Shown here piece by piece: positions 60,214 to 64,000 of a stretch of DNA of 64,000 nt. The stretch is from NCBI GenBank assembly GCA_020635455.1, contig JACJZT010000003.1, forward strand, positions 522,143 to 586,142, in the 5' to 3' direction. Source of the stretch: Flavobacteriales bacterium. Lineage in GTDB: Bacteria > Bacteroidota > Bacteroidia > NS11-12g > UBA9320. Each line of letters begins with the position of its first letter. Position 1 is the stretch's first letter. Position numbers and translations under genes: made by a program. Under the pieces are notes generated by a model, which did not search any database, had not been told where the DNA came from, and saw only the letters and a program-made list of their open reading frames with translations.

Positions 60214-63189
60214 TTAACTCAGAATTTTTTTTATGTCATTTACATCCAATGTTTTATAAAAGGAATCCTCTGCAAGAACCAATTCAGAGGCCATATTTAA
60301 CTTCTTATTTTGCAGATGGAGAATTTTTTCCTCAACCGTATTTCGGGTGATGAATTTATAACTGAAAACATTTTTGGTTTGACCGATCCTGTGCGTTCGG
60401 TCAACTGCCTGCCGTTCTACAGATGGATTCCACCAGGGATCAACAATAAAAACATAATCGGCTGCAGTAAGGGTTAAACCTACACCTCCGGCCTTTAAAG
60501 AGACAAGAAATACGGGAATATCCACGGATCCCTGAAACAACTTTACCTGCTCCTGTCTTTGCTTTGAAGAATAACTACCATCAAAATAACAATGCCGGAT
60601 CTTTAATTTTAAAAACGCTTCTTTGAATAGGGATAACTGCTTTACAAACTGAGAATAGATCAGGATCTTATGCCCGGAATTTACAACCGTAACTGTCTTT
60701 TCAATAAGCTCATCAAACTTTCCGGATTGCCCGGTGTATTCAGGGTTGGTTAATTTTGGATGGTTTGCGATCTGTCTTAGTTTGGTCAAACCTGCAATGA
60801 TGTTGAACCTTGATTTTTGCAACCCGTCGTTCTCAATGCTCTCCAGTATTTCATTCCGGAATTTGGATTTTGTTTCTTCATACAAAATTTCCTGTTCAGG
60901 GCTCATATCACAATAAAGGATCTGTTCGGTTTTTTCAGGAAGTTCTGTGGCAACCTGTGACTTGGTTCGTCGTAAAAGAAAAGGTTTGATGATTCCCTTT
61001 AGTTCTTCTAATTTCTCTGTATCCGAATTCTTTTCAATAGGCAATACATAGTTCTCTTCAAAAAACTTAAGTCCTCCTAAAAGCCCCTTATTTACAAAAC
61101 TCATTTGCGACCATAGATCCATAACCGAATTTTCGACAGGCGTACCGGTAAGGGCAAGCTTATAAGTACTTTGCAAATTTCTGATCGATCTTGAAACCTT
61201 GCTTTTAGGATTTTTAATGTTTTGACTTTCATCAAGAATTATATAATGAAAATGAAAATCCTTTACAAAACTTTCATCGTTTCTCATGGTACCATATGTA
61301 CTTATGATCAGATCATAGTTTCTAAAATGAAGGGAGTTTTTCGGTCTTCCCGGACCTGAATGAACAAAGATTTTTAAACTGGGTGTAAATTTTGCAGCTT
61401 CCGATCTCCAGGTATAGATCAGGGAAGTTGGTACGATCAGTAAGGATGTTTTCGATTTACTTGTAAAACCGTTTTCTGCTTGAACGGCATCAAAAATGCT
61501 CAACTGACCGCCAGTTTTTTTAACACTTAAATGTTCATCGATCTGTGGTTTTTGAATGGAATTGATCTCCTTTTCATTCTGAAGCAAGGCAAGGGTTTGT
61601 ATGGTTTTACCCAATCCCATATCATCTGCCAGACATCCGCCAAAATTAAATTCCTGAAGAAAATAAAACCAATTGTAACCAGCGATCTGGTATGGCCGTA
61701 ATCTACCTTTAAAATTAACCGGTAGTTGCTTTTCTTTAATTGTTTCAAAATCCTTTAAACCTTCAAGCTTTGATTGGATGATACCCGTTTTGGGCAAATT
61801 GCCTAGCATACCAAGATGGTGTTTTTTGATTCTGATGTGTTCTTTACCTTCGTTAAAGCGGGTCAGACTTTGAAATTTAGCCATCCATTCCTCCGGAATA
61901 AGTGCAATTTTTCCATTCGGAAGAAGAAAATTTCGGTCGTTATTCAGGATGTTGTCTTTCAGATCAAGAAATGAAAACTCAAATTCACCAAACCAGATCC
62001 TTGTTTGAAGGTCGAACCAGTCACCATTCTTATTAACTTCTATTTTCATATCCTTCTTTCCAAGAAAGTATTCATGACTTAAATTCTGTTCTATTTCAAC
62101 ATCTCTGCCGAAAAGGGCTTCATAATTTCTTTCAAGCCATTCTATCGACTTATAAGGTTCTTCCTTTTCTATGGAATTGAAACGGTCTGGGTCTACCTGA
62201 AAAACAGATCCTTCTTTTTGACTCAAACCAAGCGAAATGATAAATTCTTTTTTATGCTCCTCCCAACTTTTACTTCTTCTTATTTTATGGATCACCATAT
62301 TCTCACCTGAATACTCATAATATGCATGAGCTTTCTTTTTTGAATGATACGGAAAAATGGAGGTATTATACCTGAAATTTAAAACAAACCAGGGTTTTCC
62401 ATGCATACCTCCTTCCAGTTTCAGGATAGCCTTTCCCTGATGGGTCTCTTGTTTTATTTCAATCCCATCAGTTCTGATATTAAACTTTTCAATCAGTTCG
62501 AGTCCGAATTTGTCAAAGAAAATTTTCTCGGCCTTAGGTGCAATGGATATATAATATTTTGTCAGGAATGGTTCTAGTTTTTTTCCATCCAATTCAGGCA
62601 GGTGTATCAAACTTTCACCCAGGATCAGGTATGCAGGAGAGTATATAAGAATGGCCCCGTTACCAACAATTTTAAGCCGTTGTTCCTCATATTTTAAGGT
62701 AATGTAATAGCGTGTCTCTTCCTGATTCTTAACAAAATGAAAAAGTACACCTACCTCATTCGATAGGTACTTTAATTTTATCGAGGATGGATTTTTGGAA
62801 TCACCGGAATAAAATATTCTATCCTTGTTGATAAAGTCCATAGCCTCTACTATGCGCCTTTCTATAAAAGGTCTGATGGTTTGCTCGAAAAAGTTTTTGT
62901 CACATTTCCTTTCAAAATATTCCTTAGGCCTTATTGCAGATTTTTTGTAGTACTTTTTAACAATGTTTTCAGGAGTGAAGGTTTCCAGGATCCTGATACT
63001 TTGTACATCATTTTCGGTTAGCAGGTCTTTGTAAAGTTTTATATTAGAAACCATCAAACGCTGATGTGCCAGCGAATAATTTCCTGCCGGAGTAACTTCA
63101 ACCAGATAAGGTTCAATAATTAAACCCAGAAACTGATTTCTTACCACTGCGAAAATGAATTCAACTTTTGCGTTTTCAGTTAACTGCAT
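60214..63189 (-). CDS. SNF2-family DEAD/DEAH-box helicase
   Basis: Motif I (LADDMGLGKT), a DESQNIKN DExx box and a C-terminal helicase domain. 991 aa. Confidence 0.85.
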   Translation of the reverse strand: MQLTENAKVEFIFAVVRNQFLGLIIEPYLVEVTPAGNYSLAHQRLMVSNIKLYKDLLTENDVQSIRILETFTPENIVKKYYKKSAIRPKEYFERKCDKNFFEQTIRPFIERRIVEAMDFINKDRIFYSGDSKNPSSIKLKYLSNEVGVLFHFVKNQEETRYYITLKYEEQRLKIVGNGAILIYSPAYLILGESLIHLPELDGKKLEPFLTKYYISIAPKAEKIFFDKFGLELIEKFNIRTDGIEIKQETHQGKAILKLEGGMHGKPWFVLNFRYNTSIFPYHSKKKAHAYYEYSGENMVIHKIRRSKSWEEHKKEFIISLGLSQKEGSVFQVDPDRFNSIEKEEPYKSIEWLERNYEALFGRDVEIEQNLSHEYFLGKKDMKIEVNKNGDWFDLQTRIWFGEFEFSFLDLKDNILNNDRNFLLPNGKIALIPEEWMAKFQSLTRFNEGKEHIRIKKHHLGMLGNLPKTGIIQSKLEGLKDFETIKEKQLPVNFKGRLRPYQIAGYNWFYFLQEFNFGGCLADDMGLGKTIQTLALLQNEKEINSIQKPQIDEHLSVKKTGGQLSIFDAVQAENGFTSKSKTSLLIVPTSLIYTWRSEAAKFTPSLKIFVHSGPGRPKNSLHFRNYDLIISTYGTMRNDESFVKDFHFHYIILDESQNIKNPKSKVSRSIRNLQSTYKLALTGTPVENSVMDLWSQMSFVNKGLLGGLKFFEENYVLPIEKNSDTEKLEELKGIIKPFLLRRTKSQVATELPEKTEQILYCDMSPEQEILYEETKSKFRNEILESIENDGLQKSRFNIIAGLTKLRQIANHPKLTNPEYTGQSGKFDELIEKTVTVVNSGHKILIYSQFVKQLSLFKEAFLKLKIRHCYFDGSYSSKQRQEQVKLFQGSVDIPVFLVSLKAGGVGLTLTAADYVFIVDPWWNPSVERQAVDRTHRIGQTKNVFSYKFITRNTVEEKILHLQNKKLNMASELVLAEDSFYKTLDVNDIKKILS

Positions 63190-63334
63190 GTCCGGTTAAA
63201 AGATCCAAAACTTTCAAAAATAGGGCATTCCTCGATTTTAACCCGAAATTAAACACCACTAACTAAAAGAAATATTTCTGTACTCATTTTTTTTCCGGAA
63301 TGAACTATTTTAGCATTATTGTTAATAGATTAAT

Positions 63335-64000
63335 ATGTGGATTGATTTAAGATCGGATACGGTAACAAAGCCGGGAAAGGAAATGTTGGAAGCCATGTTT
63401 TCAGCAAAGGTTGGTGACGATGTTTTTGGAGACGATCCCACCGTAAACTTATTGGAAGAAAAAGTTGCCAAATATTTTGGCAAGGAATCAGCCTTGTTTT
63501 TTCCCAGTGGTACCATGGCAAACCAGGTAGCTGTAAAATCTCATACACAATTGGCAGACGAAATAATCTGTGATCAAACATCCCATGTATATAAGTATGA
63601 GGGTGGGGGGCTGTCTGCCAATTCAGGTGTTTCTGTTAGGCTATTGCAAGGAAAAAGAGGGATCTTTACCGGAAACGAAGTTAAAAACAATATTAATTCG
63701 GACGATGTGCATTTTCCGGCGACTTCTGCCGTTGTAATTGAAAATACTGTAAATAAAGGGGGTGGGATTTGCTGGAAGGATGAGGAGATTCTCGACGTTC
63801 AAAAAGTATGCAAAGAACATCATCTCGCCCTTCATTTGGACGGTGCCCGACTCTGGAACGCAATGGTATCAAAAAAACAGGACCCTTTATACTTCGGCAA
63901 ATGGTTCGATACGATCTCCGTTTGTTTCAGCAAAGGTTTAGGATGTCCGGTTGGTTCGGTATTGGTTGGTAACCGGGAAATCATTTCAAAAGCCAGGCGT
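63335..64000 (+). CDS. ltaE: low-specificity L-threonine aldolase (3' end lies outside the window)
   Basis: MWIDLRSDTVTKP ... FPSGTMANQ ... HLDGARLWNA are threonine aldolase/PLP fold-type I hallmarks. The frame runs open to the window end. The ORF-track minus-strand ORFs here are antisense artefacts. Confidence 0.8.
   Translation, partial: MWIDLRSDTVTKPGKEMLEAMFSAKVGDDVFGDDPTVNLLEEKVAKYFGKESALFFPSGTMANQVAVKSHTQLADEIICDQTSHVYKYEGGGLSANSGVSVRLLQGKRGIFTGNEVKNNINSDDVHFPATSAVVIENTVNKGGGICWKDEEILDVQKVCKEHHLALHLDGARLWNAMVSKKQDPLYFGKWFDTISVCFSKGLGCPVGSVLVGNREIISKARR

Noticed and set aside
63322-63835. Three minus-strand ORFs of 64 to 83 aa at the window end
   Set aside because: They are antisense to a clear plus-strand threonine aldolase reading frame that runs open to the window end.
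1-64000. CRISPR arrays or cas genes
   Set aside because: No regularly spaced short direct repeats and no Cas-like ORFs were seen anywhere in the window.

Overview
This window reads as a Bacteroidetes-type chromosome: several proteins carry T9SS C-terminal sorting domains, a DUF4290 gene follows murA, and a DUF3098 gene follows ftsX. Housekeeping genes (thioredoxin-like, dnaJ-grpE, TlpA-like, murA, an M2 peptidase, recR) end at a tRNA-Pro(GGG) gene at 10329..10402. From there to about 44.4 kb lies a roughly 34 kb, visibly AT-richer, co-directional defence island. It carries no integrase and no att repeat. Its modules, in order, are: (1) an AAA ATPase, an HTH-WYL regulator, a DUF2779 nuclease and a hypothetical protein; (2) an unusual fusion of an N6-adenine methyltransferase, a TRD and a histidine-kinase-type ATPase, followed by a receiver-like protein with a cold-shock domain; (3) a Type I RM operon (hsdM, hsdS, hsdR) with four cargo genes embedded in it: a DUF1016 PD-(D/E)xK protein, an unknown gene and two DUF262 GmrSD-like genes; (4) McrBC; (5) an ABC-type ATPase with an unknown partner; (6) a divergent WYL regulator facing a 4-gene operon that encodes a retron-like reverse transcriptase (NAxxH and VTG motifs, long C-terminal extension), a hypothetical protein, a protein with an embedded receiver domain, and a PLD (HKD) nuclease fused to an Hsp70 substrate-binding-domain-like beta-sandwich. 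Modules (2) and (6) look like the most novel candidate systems. Upstream, an IS1634-family element sits between the thioredoxin-like gene and dnaJ, flanked by a perfect 238 bp target-site duplication. After the island, ordinary genes resume: two transporters, T9SS cargo proteins, ftsX, uppP, an acyl-CoA carboxylase beta subunit, YebC, an SNF2 helicase and a threonine aldolase.
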